A stretch of DNA of 63,788 nt, counting the filler, from Octopus bimaculoides (taxonomy: Eukaryota), in the NCBI RefSeq assembly GCF_001194135.2. It is 6 parts of 5 records of this genome, joined end to end, with 100 filler letters (N's around TTAATTAATTAA, not from the genome) between each part and the next. Parts side by side here need not be neighbours in the genome. Positions count along the whole stretch, not along the records: positions 1 to 17,502 come from NC_068982.1; 5 more parts are not named here. One strand, written 5' to 3'. Below, piece after piece: positions 1-12,690 of this stretch. A model generated the notes under the pieces. The model had not been told where the DNA came from. It saw only the letters and a list, made by a program, of their open reading frames with translations, and made no database searches. The position numbers were made by a program, and so were the translations under genes. The stretch's first letter is position 1; each line of letters opens with the position of its first letter.

Positions 1-44
<44 letters not shown>

Positions 45-1169
45 GATGTTACGCTGATTGACACTAGTGACAGCTATTCTGTTTATGAGGGCTTGTGTTA
101 CGGTTATTAATAATGCATTATGAAATGTATATTATAGTAAGAAACGGGTTTATATGTATGCCCGTCCGTTTGTCAGTTTGTCAGTTTGTCAAACCTTATC
201 ATAAGAAGATAATTTTTCAAGTCTAATGCTCTCAGTGATGTCACAGTACATAATTCTGATGACACGGCAGTTAATATGGAAAGATATGCAAATACCGATT
301 GAACATGAATATTTTAATTTCAAATACAACTGTGGACTGTGTGCTGAAGGGAAAAAGGATTGAAACGGGGGACAATCGAAGAAGAAAGATAAAATTAATG
401 AATATAGTGACAGATTTACTTAAACCTTCAGTCAATGAAACCGTTAGTTCTGCTGTAAATCGATTTCGATTTAATGAATGTAATATGGTTATCGAATGAT
501 ATTACTCCTTTTCAGGTGCTCATAATATATTACAAAACATTAAATCGGTAAAGAGTCAATTCTGGCGTGTTAACTCTATTACTTCAGCAAATGTCTAATT
601 AAAATAAATTATCTAGAAAACATTCCTTATCGTGAATATAATTATTTCACTGAAACTTATCATTTACCAGTTAATGCATGAGAAAATTTTGTCTTAGATT
701 ATCATTGAAATGCTGCTTTGATAATATGGACAAAATTATCAAAGAGTTCTATTGGGCATTAGAATGCCACAAATTTTACTAACATATACAGAAAAAAATC
801 TGCATTGTGAGAGCTTTACTGTAGTTAGTCAAACAACCAGAGTCAGAAGCCGAATGTTTTTCAAGTTACCCAGAGAAGCACATCGTAATGGTGAGATTAG
901 AACATTGACTGGGATATTTATAGAAAATTCATCTTACTAAATATAAATATTCTAATTAGTTCTATTTTTAGACTATGGAATAAAATATTTCAAATATAAA
1001 TATTTTTAGGTAAACTATGATAAAAAAAACCCCACTTAATCTTCGCTGTATATGACACCCTAAAAATTCAATAATTTACTCAATTGTAAAGCCTACTAAC
1101 ATAACGTTTTTTTTTTTCTAGAAATGAATATATGAATATGGTAGTAAAGTTAATAACCTTATATTTTTC

Positions 1170-1224
<55 letters not shown>

Positions 1225-1249
1225 GAATAAGGAAATTAAGTACATTATT

Positions 1250-1390
1250 TACATTATTTACATTTGATGGATATTTGTCCTAATCTTGTTTGTTGTTAAC
1301 ACAGTGTTTCGATTGATACACCCTCCAGCATTCATCAGGTGTCTTGGGGAAATTTCGAACCTGGCTTCTCATTCCTAAGGTATTTTTCGA

Positions 1391-1400
<10 letters not shown>
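1250..1400 (-). mobile_element. Penelope-like terminal-repeat fragment
   Basis: The minus strand carries a CTGATGA...GAAAC hammerhead-type core next to a (TTA)n tract, typical of PLE pseudo-LTR remnants. Confidence 0.6.
1298..1343 (-). ncRNA. Degenerate type I hammerhead ribozyme motif
   Basis: Minus strand reads GACAC-CTGATGA-atgctggagggtgtatcaatc-GAAAC-ACT-GTGTT. Stem I pairs, but stem II and the stem III/UH site are mutated. Confidence 0.55.
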
Positions 1401-1436
<36 letters not shown>

Positions 1437-1439
<3 letters not shown>

Positions 1440-1535
1440 AATCAAGACGAAGAGCGCGATTCGATTGTAAGATATTTTATTAGTTGAACTAATAAAATAT
1501 CTAATTATCGAATCGCGCTCTTTGTCTCGACTGTT
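1437..1535. repeat. 99-bp near-perfect palindrome (foldback/MITE-like)
   Basis: Two 49-bp arms (43/49 complementary) flank a single G at 1486. Confidence 0.9.
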
Positions 1536-1571
1536 TACCTTTGTGAAGAGTTACGTCAATCTTTTTAAAAA

Positions 1572-1589
<18 letters not shown>

Positions 1590-1602
<13 letters not shown>

Positions 1603-1675
1603 AATCGGGTCACTGTTTGCAATCGAACTCGGAATCTTGGGGTTAGTATCCCGTGCTCTTAACCACTACACCTTA
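1590..1675 (-). mobile_element. tRNA-derived SINE head fragment
   Basis: Minus strand has GTGTAGTGGTTAAG (A-box-like) and GAGTTCGATT (B-box-like). Confidence 0.6.
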
Positions 1676-1689
1676 CAATATCGCATTTC

Positions 1690-1898
1690 CCCTATCGCGG
1701 TTCAGCTATCGCTGTTTATTATTTAAGTATACGTCGATTCCGCCGTGTTGTTTCGCATTTATAATAAAATGAATATATACAAATTATAAAAATAATTAAA
1801 AAAAAAAACGAAGTACAGTACTGTTTCTACTTTGCGGATTTTCACCTATCGCGGGAGTTTTTGGAACGTAACACCCGCGATAGTCGAGGAATTACTAT
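1690..1898. mobile_element. Tigger/pogo-like non-autonomous DNA transposon fragment
   Basis: Ends in CGCGATAGTCGAGGAATTACTATA, which resembles a Tigger-type TIR (cgagggattactg) followed by TA. Internal tatcgcgg repeats. Confidence 0.45.
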
Positions 1899-1959
1899 AC
1901 TTATTTATACTTCTTCATAAATAGTGTTACGGTAAAAGTGTCTTTTTGTTCTTTTCTAC

Positions 1960-2360
1960 TTTAGGTACAAAGCCCACATTTTGGGGAGGAGTGGGGCAGT
2001 CGCAACTGGTACTTAATTTATCGACCCCGAAAAGGATGAAAGGCAAAGTCGACCTCGGCGGAATATGAACTTAGAACGTAAAGACAGTCGAAATAACTCT
2101 AAGCGTTTCGCCCGGCTTGCTAACGTATCTTATTTCTTTATTGCCCACAAGGGGCTAAACATTGAGAGGACAAACAAAGATAGACAAAGGGATTAAGTCG
2201 ATTATATCGACCCCAGTATGCAAGTGGTACTTAATTTATCGACCCCGAAAGGATGAAAGGCAAAGTCGACCTCGGCAGAATTTGAACTCAGAACGCAAAG
2301 ATAGACGAAATACCGGTAAGCATTTCGCCCGCCGTTCTAACGTTTCTGCTAGCTTCCGCC
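1960..2360 (-). mobile_element. Two tandem SINE copies (family B)
   Basis: Two copies of gtacttaatttatcgacccc..gaaaggatgaaaggcaaagtcgacctcggc; homologous to the plus-strand copy at 16842. Confidence 0.85.
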
Positions 2361-2489
2361 TTACGGTAAAAGTATATTGCGTCATATTTGATTCTGTCAT
2401 TCCAAGTATTTCGACACGCTTCAGTAGAGCATGTTATTCCTGTTATTTATTTCGATTTACTTAGAACTATAACTTAGCTTATCGTTTGT

Positions 2490-2857
2490 CTTTTACTTCT
2501 TTCAGGCGGTGGACCGCAGTCATGCAAGAGCAAACCTTTGATGGATTTAGTCGAACAAATCAACACTAATATTTATTTTTTAAGCCTGTTACTTATTCTA
2601 TCGATCTCTTTTGCCGAACCGCTATATTTATAGTAACATAAACAATGTTGGTGGTGGTGAGAAACAAGTACACACACTTGTATATATGATATTTGCAACG
2701 TGATTCCATACAGTTTCCGCTTACCAAGTGCACTCACAAGGCATTGATCGACCGTGAACTATAGCAGAAAACACTTACTCAGAAGTGCCCCAAAGTCGGA
2801 CCGAACCTGAACATATGCGGTTGCAAAGTGAGCTTCTTAACCACACAGCCATGCCGA
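2490..2857 (-). mobile_element. tRNA-derived SINE (family A), degenerate
   Basis: Homologous to the copies at 46985 and 54222. Confidence 0.75.
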
Positions 2858-3780
2858 CACACCTGATAAAGAAAACCATTCTGATAGAGCTGAATGCGAT
2901 TCAATAGTGTATAATAAATAATAACAATGCAGCAATTGATATGACAGAGGAAATCTTCAATTGTTTTCAATATGAATGAAGTATTTCCTCACCCCCAAGT
3001 CTACCATCTGAATAATCAAATATTCTTAACGAGAAACACTTTGAAGTATAATTTCTTAATTAAATTACAGCAATTCAAATTTTGGTGTCTATCAGTCGAA
3101 AGCGGAAACATCCTTCAGGGTTTTACATAGTCTTAGGAATGTTAGAACATCAAAAGTTAGCCACGAGAGGGTTTTCTAATGAAGGGATATTAACAGTGGA
3201 AACATCTCTGTGCATATGAACTTAATTATGACTTGGTAATTGATGCCTCGTTTAATGGTAAGGGTAGAAAAGTTTTGAAACCCATATAAGGGAAATACAC
3301 CCCACACAAAGTCACATACGCATTCACATAGATACATGTATGTATACTTATATAAAAGAGTATATATGTGTGTGCATATTTGAGTGCATATACATGTGTG
3401 TGTGTATGTATGTATATGTGTATGTATGTATGCATATGTGTATGTATGTATGTATTTGTCGATTAAACGTCTTAAACGATGTACAGATTAACAAAGGTAT
3501 ACAAACACATACTATATATATGTACATTCTTAATAGGTCCTGTCAAATTTGGCGTAACTCTATTAGAATGCAATAATTTGCAAGGATGTGCAATATTCGA
3601 TGAGAATTTCAACAAAAACACAAAATATATATCTTAGCATGGACAACAATTTTATATATAGATCACATCAGACACATACGCGCGCGTGCACACGCAAGTG
3701 CACCCCCCGCACGCACACACACATACACACACACGCACGCACGCGTTTATAATTGCTTTCGAATTCAATATCACGTGTAA

Positions 3781-3842
<62 letters not shown>

Positions 3843-4403
3843 TCTATATATATATATAGATATATGTATATCCTGCTGAAGAATTTATTGTGTATTAATA
3901 TCTGCAGATCGAAATTGATTGCATGTATGTAAATGTTTGACCTCGATTGCCAAATTAACTCTCGGATTTATGCCTTAATAAGCAATTTTATACGGACCAC
4001 TAATTGTGAAAAACGGGTCTAAGAACGATGAGCTTGTGTCTCACGGTAAAATTCCACATCATTCGCCATCTTACTACATATCCAAACAGGAAAGAGAGAG
4101 ACAAAAAGAGCAGAGCATTAAAATATACTAAATAGGAATTAATTTCAAGTTAATAATATATCACCGGGTTATATCACTTTAATTTTAGAACCGACTTCCT
4201 GATGCATGAAGAAAACACTTTAACAACGTATGGACTACATGGAGAGATTAGCTGACAGTTATTGGTGTTGTTTAAATGTTTGCGCTGTTAGCTGTCGGGA
4301 ATTTTTAAGCATCGTTTGAACACAGCCAACCAGAAGCAAGATTGCACGACTCCGTAAGGCGTAGGTTTTCAATAATATTTATCGCACACTTTAGTATACA
4401 GAC

Positions 4404-4408
4404 ATGCA

Positions 4409-4500
<92 letters not shown>
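4404..4500. repeat. (CA)n microsatellite, one example of dozens of (TA)n/(CA)n/(TATG)n/(TCTA)n/(TAA)n tracts
   Basis: Seen directly. Such tracts generate most of the [12 protein letters not shown] ORFs in the ORF track. Confidence 0.99.
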
Positions 4501-4504
<4 letters not shown>

Positions 4505-4659
4505 AGTGTTTAAATTTAGAAAACTTAATATACAAAGGAAGGATGAGAGAAAGAAAGAAAGAAAGAGAGACATGTTTATTCTGTGACCTCTTTAGATTTA
4601 GAGGGATAATTTTTTTTATATATTTATTTGCTACAATTTGGTGTTTATTCTTTTATTCT

Positions 4660-4922
4660 TTTATTCTTCAACTTGTTTCAGTCATTTGACGGCAGCCATG
4701 CTGGAGCACCACCCTAAAGGAGTTTTTATTTAGTCGAAGACATCGATCATAGGACTTATTCTTTGTACGCCTCGTACTTATTATAGCTGTATCCTTTGTC
4801 GAACCACTAAGTTACGGGGACGTAAACACACCAACACCAGTTGTCAAGCTATGGTGGTAGTAGTAGTGTATTTGTGTGTAGGGGATAAACACGCACACAC
4901 ACACAAACACACACACACACAC

Positions 4923-4987
<65 letters not shown>

Positions 4988-5142
4988 ACAGGCTTCTTTC
5001 AGTTGCCGTCTACCAAATCCACTCACAAGGCTTTGGTAGGTCCGTGGCAACAGTAGAAGACACATGCCCAAGATTCCACGGAGTGGGCCTGAACCCGGAA
5101 TCATGTGGTTGGTAAGCAAGCTTCTTACGACACAACCATGCC
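4660..5142 (-). mobile_element. tRNA-derived SINE (family A) with internal microsatellite
   Basis: Head, central (CA)/(TA) tract and tail all match other family A copies. Confidence 0.85.
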
Positions 5143-5494
5143 TATTTGTATATTTTTAGATAATCTATCCGATGTTGCTTGGAATATCCTTGCATTCATA
5201 TATTGTTTATAAAATTTAATAAATTTGGCATTATTATAAGAATATTTATTGTACTAAAATGACACAATATATGGAGATCCCCTGTTCACTTGTCTGAACA
5301 TGCCTAATTAAACTGCTGGGTGTATGTCAAATGGAACAGCAGCACAGAGGATCAGCTATCCTGGACACCTGTACCGTAGCAGGCAAACGAGGGGACAGGC
5401 TTCCGAGAGTTTAATCAGTATTGTGACAGAATGGGTGAAGACTTCTGTGAGAAGGTAGTGGGCGTGATGCAGGTATATTCAAAGATAAGATAAG

Positions 5495-5745
5495 TTGCTA
5501 CTCCATCGGTAACAACGACAACGAATACGACGAGTGTTCCAGTTGATTCGATCAAGAGATCCGCCTGCTCGCGAAATTAACTTGCAAGTGGCTGAGCAGT
5601 TCATAAACATGTGTCCTTGCGGGAGTTCTTAGGTAGATCCAGCATGACAGGATCTACTCATTTTTGCCAGCTGAATGAAATGGGTGAAAGTGAAATAAAA
5701 AAGTGTCTTGCGCAAGGACGCAACACGCTGTCAGGAATCGAACGC
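5495..5745 (-). mobile_element. SINE fragment related to family C
   Basis: Shares ccagttgat..gatc..gcctgctc.tgaaattaac.tgcaagtggctgagca with 10270-10330. Confidence 0.7.
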
Positions 5746-5889
5746 CGATTTTTAAAATCTGACCAGTCATTCTGTCTGAAGAATTTCTAATAGGAGACAT
5801 GTTGCATGTTTTCAACTACAAGTACAACTTTATAACCACCGTTAGCAACTGAAATATGTAATGATGAATATATAATATTTTCTACTCTA

Positions 5890-6090
5890 GGTACATGGCC
5901 CTAAATTTTTTGGAAGTGGGCCCATCGATTAGATCGACCACAGTACACAATTGGTACTTATTTGATCGACCCCGAAAGGATGAAAGGCAAAGTCGATTTC
6001 GGCGGAATTTGAACTCAGAACGTAAAGGCAGACGAAATACCGCTAAGCATTTCGCCCGGCGTGCTAACGTTTCTGCCAGCTCGCCACCTT
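5890..6090 (-). mobile_element. SINE (family B)
   Basis: Matches 2200-2360. Confidence 0.85.
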
Positions 6091-6603
6091 AATGATCAAT
6101 ACATAATATCTATTTCTTTATTGCCCACAGGCAATAAAATAAAGTTCACTCCAGTGGATTTGAACACAGAACGCAGAACACCGGAAGCAATACTTCAATA
6201 ATTTTTTTCAAGAGAATTAATGATTTTGTTAACGGATTACCAATGTGTTACCTATTCTTATTGGAAGAAAATAAATACCTGTACGGCTGAATTTGTGACT
6301 TTACTTCACTCTCAGCCTTTATACACCGTCAGCGTTTCTACTTTTCTATTTATCAACGCAAAGTCGTTATCTCTGTTTTAAAATCCAGCTCAGCAATCAA
6401 TATTACCGTTGGAAACATTTCATTAGCGGTGAAATTTTCAAGTTGTTTGCGAAAATATTCAAGATGCGACGTAATCAGAAAGTGTAGTAAACCATTAACT
6501 GACAGAAAACACTCAATTATTCAAGCAACATTGTCAGTTAATTTCTATCCGAAGCATTGTACAATTAGTCGTTAACCCCTAATTTAAACACATTCTAACA
6601 CAT

Positions 6604-6689
<86 letters not shown>

Positions 6690-7294
6690 NNNNNNNNNNA
6701 CACACACACACATACACACACAGACACAAACACACATACACACACACACACATATGTATACGTGGTAGTTATTCCGTGTCTATTGTTCGGATTAAAGTAC
6801 AGCTTCTCATTTCTTACAAAGCTGATTCTAACTTTAATCACTTCGAGTGGGCTATGATCTTACGTAATTTATTTTTCCTGCAGAAAGAAGTGTTAATATA
6901 AGTGTTATCCATGATCGGTTTTCGGCAGAATGAAGAGTTTGAATTCAATGAAATATGTTGATCTTCTCTAGTCGGTTTGCTAGTATTCATGTCTAATTAA
7001 GCTGGAAGGAGCTTACTTGTAAATTCCGAGAAATATTTAGAAATGTCTCCTTGTTTCAAGTCAAGCTGTTCGCCAACTAACATAATGCACTTTAATTCGC
7101 ATTGACATTAATGAGCGAAATGTTTTTGTTTGCTTAGCAAGCAATCAGCATGGCATCTAAAAGAAGTATACATATATACAACAAACATAAACACAGGCGC
7201 CTACATTCATGAGTACGTACATAGTATGAATACGTTTTACATACATAGATACATACGCAGATATATTTATAGATGCTATGATGTATGGAAACCA

Positions 7295-7350
<56 letters not shown>

Positions 7351-8058
7351 GTATGTCTGTCTGTGCGTCTGTCTTGTCTACTGAACCGTCTCTCAGTGTG
7401 TATGACTTACTACATACCCACATACATATATATACGTACATAAGTACATGCGTGTATACATGCATACATACATAGATTCACGCGTACATGCATACTTAGT
7501 AACATACATTCGTAGATACATAAATACTTATATTGGAATATTTTCAAATGTATTTTTTATTCGAATCATCTCGATGTTGTCTGGCGGTATATTAGCCCTG
7601 ACTGAACATAGTCTACACGAATTTCTCGAAGGGAAAACCTTTCATTGCATCAGTCAGACATTAAGTGTCGTGAATGATATTTTGCAAATGGCAGAAAGTA
7701 ATTTGAGAGAGGTTTGGCTGCTATATTTAGCTAGCATATCGGTCAAACAATGGAACTCTCGTTGGCCTCTGTATTTTTCATGCAGTCAGGCAAAGTTCGG
7801 TATTGGGTAGCAAAATATCCTCTTCAAGATTTTGACACCGAAAGTAGTGATTGCTCTTTACTAATATTAGGACATCACCCGTCGCTTCGCTGCCAGCAAA
7901 AATATTTGTTAACCATGCTCATAGCTTCATAAAATATTCAAAGTGAAAGCCTGTTTTTAGTGTCTGTGTTGTGTCGTCAGTGTGCTGAAAGCCATACAAA
8001 CACACACAAAGAACGTCCCCCGAAATAACTATATGTATTATATATATCTATCTATCTA

Positions 8059-8104
<46 letters not shown>

Positions 8105-8975
8105 GAGAGAGAGAGAGAGAGAGAGATATGTACATATATGTGTGTATATACGTATATATCTAGTATGCCATTCCCTTCAAAATATGTTGTGCCAGTCAAT
8201 TATCTCCCCTTTTGATCTCTCGCCTACTTCAATCACTCTGTTTTTACTGACAGACAGGTGAAGATCAGCTTTTCATTTGTGATATATAAGATATATGGTC
8301 AAGTAGTTTTTAATGAAAATTTTATATGTTACTTCTGACGGACCACATCATTAACGCCACCACCACCACCATCACTACCACCAGCACCAACACCAGCATC
8401 ACCGCCACTAACATCCTATTTCCTCAACAACGTTACATGATAGACGTACATATGTAGATGCAAAGAGACAAAATCTAACTCTCTCTTGTCTGTCTATCTG
8501 TCTATCTTAGAGAGACAGTCTTTGTCTCGTGAAAGTTTCATTGAATGTAGCAAAGATGGTGCGTGCGAGTGACGATACCTCTTTGAGCATGATCCTATAA
8601 ATCGATAAAAAAAAAAAAAAAAAAGAGACAGAGAGAGAACACTTCGCTCTCATGTGTCTATTCCCTGCTGAGGTTACCATGGTCTTTTCCGTGGGCTTTT
8701 CTCTCCATGGATAAACCTAATGTTACCCCATTTTACACAATTGACATTTTCTGTGATATACGACCCCCCCCCCTTTTTTTGCACCTACCGATCCCTTTTG
8801 ATCGGATTTTTTTTTAAATNNNNNNNNNNATACGACCCCCCCCCTTTTTTTTGCACCTACCGATCCCTTTTGATCGGATTTTTTTTTAAATTAAAAATTT
8901 TTTTTTTTAAAAGAAAAGCTCTACAGTTGTATTTGTCCCCTCTGTGTGCAGCCCTGTGTGGCTAATAAAAGAAAG

Positions 8976-9014
<39 letters not shown>

Positions 9015-9299
9015 CCCAACTACCACACCACCACTACCACTATTGCAAACGCCTGACACTGCTTTCACCGTTTCCACCATCGCCAACAACATTGTCACAC
9101 CGCCAAAAAATCACCTCCACCACCACCGCCGCCGTTACGGATTGCTTTTTATTTTAAAATGTAATTATACATTTGTAGGGAATTTTCAAAGGTTGGTAAA
9201 GAGGCAGAATTGCTTTGTTCGTTTCGGTTTTCATGCCTATCCTTGTCTCTGACCATGAATGTTGGTTAATGACCGAAAGATTATAAATCGTGAATGTAC

Positions 9300-9680
9300 G
9301 TGATCAAAATGGTGTTCTGCGCGAAGGATCTCTGGAGAAACGTTACTTGACCGGGTGCATAGTTTGCAGATCAGGGTGTCTCTCCTGGTCGAGCTGCTGC
9401 TTCTTCGCATTCAGAAGTCACAGCCGTGGTACTACAGACATATGGTTAGAATGCAGTAGGAAGAAATCGCAAGACGGATTCTTCAAAACAAGTCAACCGG
9501 CAGAGACCTAGATGTAGACCAGGAACAAGATGGTTGGATGATATCCATAGTCTCGGTTGATCACGCTTGGGAAATATAATAACGGTTGCTTGTGACAGGA
9601 CACTTTGGAAGAAGTGTCTAGGGACTCCACCCCGGAACTCTCTCAGGATTATCGAGAACAGAAGATGGATAGATGGACGA
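9300..9680 (+). mobile_element. RTE-clade LINE ORF2 3' end, degenerate
   Basis: Translates to LLLRIQKSQPWYYRHMVRMQ*EEIARRIL...RPRCRPGTRWLDDI...DRTLWKK, matching the RTE C-terminal pattern (LRW.GHV.RM...R.RGRP..RW.D). Confidence 0.75.
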
Positions 9681-10231
9681 AACTTCGTTCCGGTGGATGC
9701 CAAATACTTAATACATCCGATTAGTATGCTGATAAGGTAAATCGGTTTTCTCACTCAATAATGAAGATGTTGCTATTACTATAAAGAAACTTGCATTAAT
9801 TAAATTTACTTCGTGTAAGATGAAAATGATCATTATCTTAATGAATAATTCTGGTAAATAACAAAGCTGAAGTTATAACAGCGAAAATATAATTAATTAA
9901 AATTAATTAAATGTGGGACTACGCAGAAATAATTGCTTTATACTATCTCTAGGTGGTGGATAATTTGGAAGGAATGATCTCAGTAAAGTCTTGTCTGAAT
10001 ACGTTACTGCAATAAGAGGAAAACAGGGACATCATGTTCAAAAGTTTGCGAGCTTCAACCTTGTACTGAAGAGCTCACAATAAAAGTCACAACGAAACCA
10101 CTGTAAATATATATCACACGCATAAACGCCCCCCGCCACTGAGGCATATATATGTCTGCATGAATACATACATACATACATGCACACATACATACATACA
10201 TACATACATGCACACATACATACACACATTT

Positions 10232-10612
10232 TGACTGTTGGCACTCCGTCGCTTACGACGTCGAGGGTTCCAGTTGATCCGATCAACGGAACAGCCTGCT
10301 CGTGAAATTAACGTGCAAGTGGCTGAGCACTCCACAGACACGTGTACCCTTAACGTAGTTCTCGGGGGATATTTTAGCGTGACACAGTGTGACAAAGCTG
10401 AGCCTTTGAATTACAGGGACAACAGAAACAGGAAGTAAGAATGAAAGTTGTGGTGAAAGAGTATAGCAGGGTTCGCCCCCATCCCCTGCCGGAGCCTCGT
10501 GGAGCTTTTAGGTGTTTTCGCTCAATGAACACTCACAACGCCCGGTCTGGGAATCGAAACCGCGATCCTATGACTGCGAGTTCGCTGCCCTAACCAATGG
10601 GCCATTGCGCCT
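10232..10612 (-). mobile_element. tRNA-derived SINE (family C), near full length
   Basis: Head GGCGCAATGGCCCATTGGTTAGG with B-box-like GGTTTCGATTCCC. Confidence 0.85.
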
Positions 10613-11399
10613 CCACACCGCTCACAATAAAAGTCACAACGAAACCATTGTAAATATATATCACACGCATAAACGCACGCACCTCCCCACCACAGAGGCA
10701 TATACATGCATACATACATACATACATACATACATACATACATACATACATACACACAAGCAAACAAACATACATTTATGTAGAGATATATGCATGTAAG
10801 GTGGTGAAACCGCTCTACGGAACGAGGGGACACCATTAGAAATCTCGTAAACAAAAACACACGTCAAGCAAGTGTATCGGCCTGTTAGTATTAATGACAT
10901 GCAGAGACGCAATGTCTCGTTCTGCAGCCATAATATACTATAAAGTATATTAAAAGTTTTTATAAGTCAATACCGTGTGTTACTGTGTCAGCAGTGCACT
11001 ACAATTCGTATCCGAGTCCTCAGATGTATAAAAAACAATATGATCGAAAATGAAAAAAATGGGTAATGGACGTATATGCCATATTTCAGGAGCTTTTGGT
11101 CTTCATCTGCACCCATCCAAACTGTTAATCATCGAAGAACACATTACCTAAATAACCACTAAATAGAGCAGTGTAACGCCACTGGATATATATATCAGTT
11201 TTACATATTAAACACATTCCTGAAAGCTGGTACGTAAATATGAATGACTTGTAGAGACACCATTTCTCGTTATGCAACTATGATATACTGTAAACTAGAT
11301 TAAACTCTTTTATAAGTCAACTAGCTGATCACGTGCCGTCAATAATGATGGCTAATTGTACTATTTCATATATAAATTTTATATATAGGTATAAAATGT

Positions 11400-11770
11400 T
11401 ACATAACAAGAACACTCAGAGAACACAGACCTCCGCTAAGGCAACACCAAATTCTCTCAACGATTAGCTAGAAATAAGTTTTAAAATGAGAATATCTGAA
11501 ACAAACTCGACTGCTCTCACAAACGAGAATATTAAAAATGAACCCGACCGCTCTTAAAAATTACGTAAAACAGGAAATATATCCAGAATCCTTGTCTGGT
11601 ACCGGATCGATTCCAAAGTCTAATCAGTTCATGCCAGTCACGATACCTAACATCCCTGAAAGTTTCATTTGAATCCATCCAGCGTTTCTTGAGATATCTT
11701 GTCCACGGTCTAACAAACAAACAAGCAAACAAACAAACACGACTGAAAACAATAATCACACACACAAACA
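11400..11770 (+). mobile_element. Non-autonomous Helentron/HINE-like repeat
   Basis: Begins aacaagaacactcagaga..acctccg and ends in an (AAAC)n tract plus gactgaaaacaata, a layout seen in such elements. Confidence 0.4.
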
Positions 11771-11975
11771 TTCACATACTTCCCTTCTATACGCACAAAC
11801 ATACACACATATACTCAGAGAGAGTTGAAACGCTGAATTTTTTCACCTCTTCCTTACTTATTCATTTATCACCCCTTCCTTTCTCTGACTTCCTCTAAGT
11901 CAGGGCTATTACTCTCACTACTTCTCCTTCACTGAATTACAACTTTCTCTCTTCCTCCGCGTCCGGCGTGATTCT

Positions 11976-12054
<79 letters not shown>

Positions 12055-12304
12055 CAAATATATAAAAATACTACGCTCATTATTATATTTGGAGATACCT
12101 TGTTCTACTGTGTTAGCAGTGCACTTTACATCATTTGTTAAGGGTTAGATAAGTGCTGACGAAAGAGCAATAACTCCCAATATATAGCGTATACAGTCAT
12201 TGCTCTCTTTTCATCTTCGATCACATTGTTTACAACTAATGTCTCGGATATGAGACGTCGTAACAAATATCAGTGCTGGTTTTATTTTCTATAGAATATT
12301 GATT

Positions 12305-12690
12305 CTTTTATTCTTACTTTTACTTGTTTCAGTCATTTTCACTGCGGCCATGCTGGAGCATCGCCTTTGGTCGAGGAAATCGTCCCCAGGACTTACTTTT
12401 TGTAAGCCTAATATTTATTCTATCGACCTCTTTTACCGAAACGCTATGTTACGGGGACGTAAACGCACCAGTATTGGTTGTCAAGTGATGTTGGGAGGGT
12501 GGAAAACACTGACACACACACACATATATATATGACGGGTTCCTTTCAGTCTCCATCTACCAAATCCACTCACAAGGCTTTGATCGGCCCGAGGCTATAG
12601 TAGAAAACACTTGCCCAAGGTGCCATGCAGTGGAATAAGGACCCGGAACCATGTGTTTAGTAAGCAAGCTATTTACCATGCAGCCACTCA
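12305..12690 (-). mobile_element. tRNA-derived SINE (family A)
   Basis: Matches other family A copies. Confidence 0.85.

Noticed and set aside
3872-3925. CTGAAGA...GAAATTGATT as a hammerhead
   Set aside because: Stem I does not pair in register and stem II is weak; at best a heavily decayed relic.
5386-5477. Plus-strand exon ANEGTGFREFNQYCDRMGEDFCEKVVGVMQ
   Set aside because: No polypyrimidine tract, and neighbouring frames resemble a decayed LINE C-terminus (LSWTP..RQTRG).
5773-5806. TGT-CTGAAGA-atttctaatagga-GACATGTT-GCA as a hammerhead
   Set aside because: The GAAA core is missing two nucleotides. It is probably a dead relic (ACATGT palindrome present) and is not called as a feature.
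10995-12190. CTGAGGA (minus, about 11020) and CTGACGA (plus, about 12157) cores; also TTGACGA (minus, 37512-37550)
   Set aside because: No intact GAAA-stem III-UH downstream.
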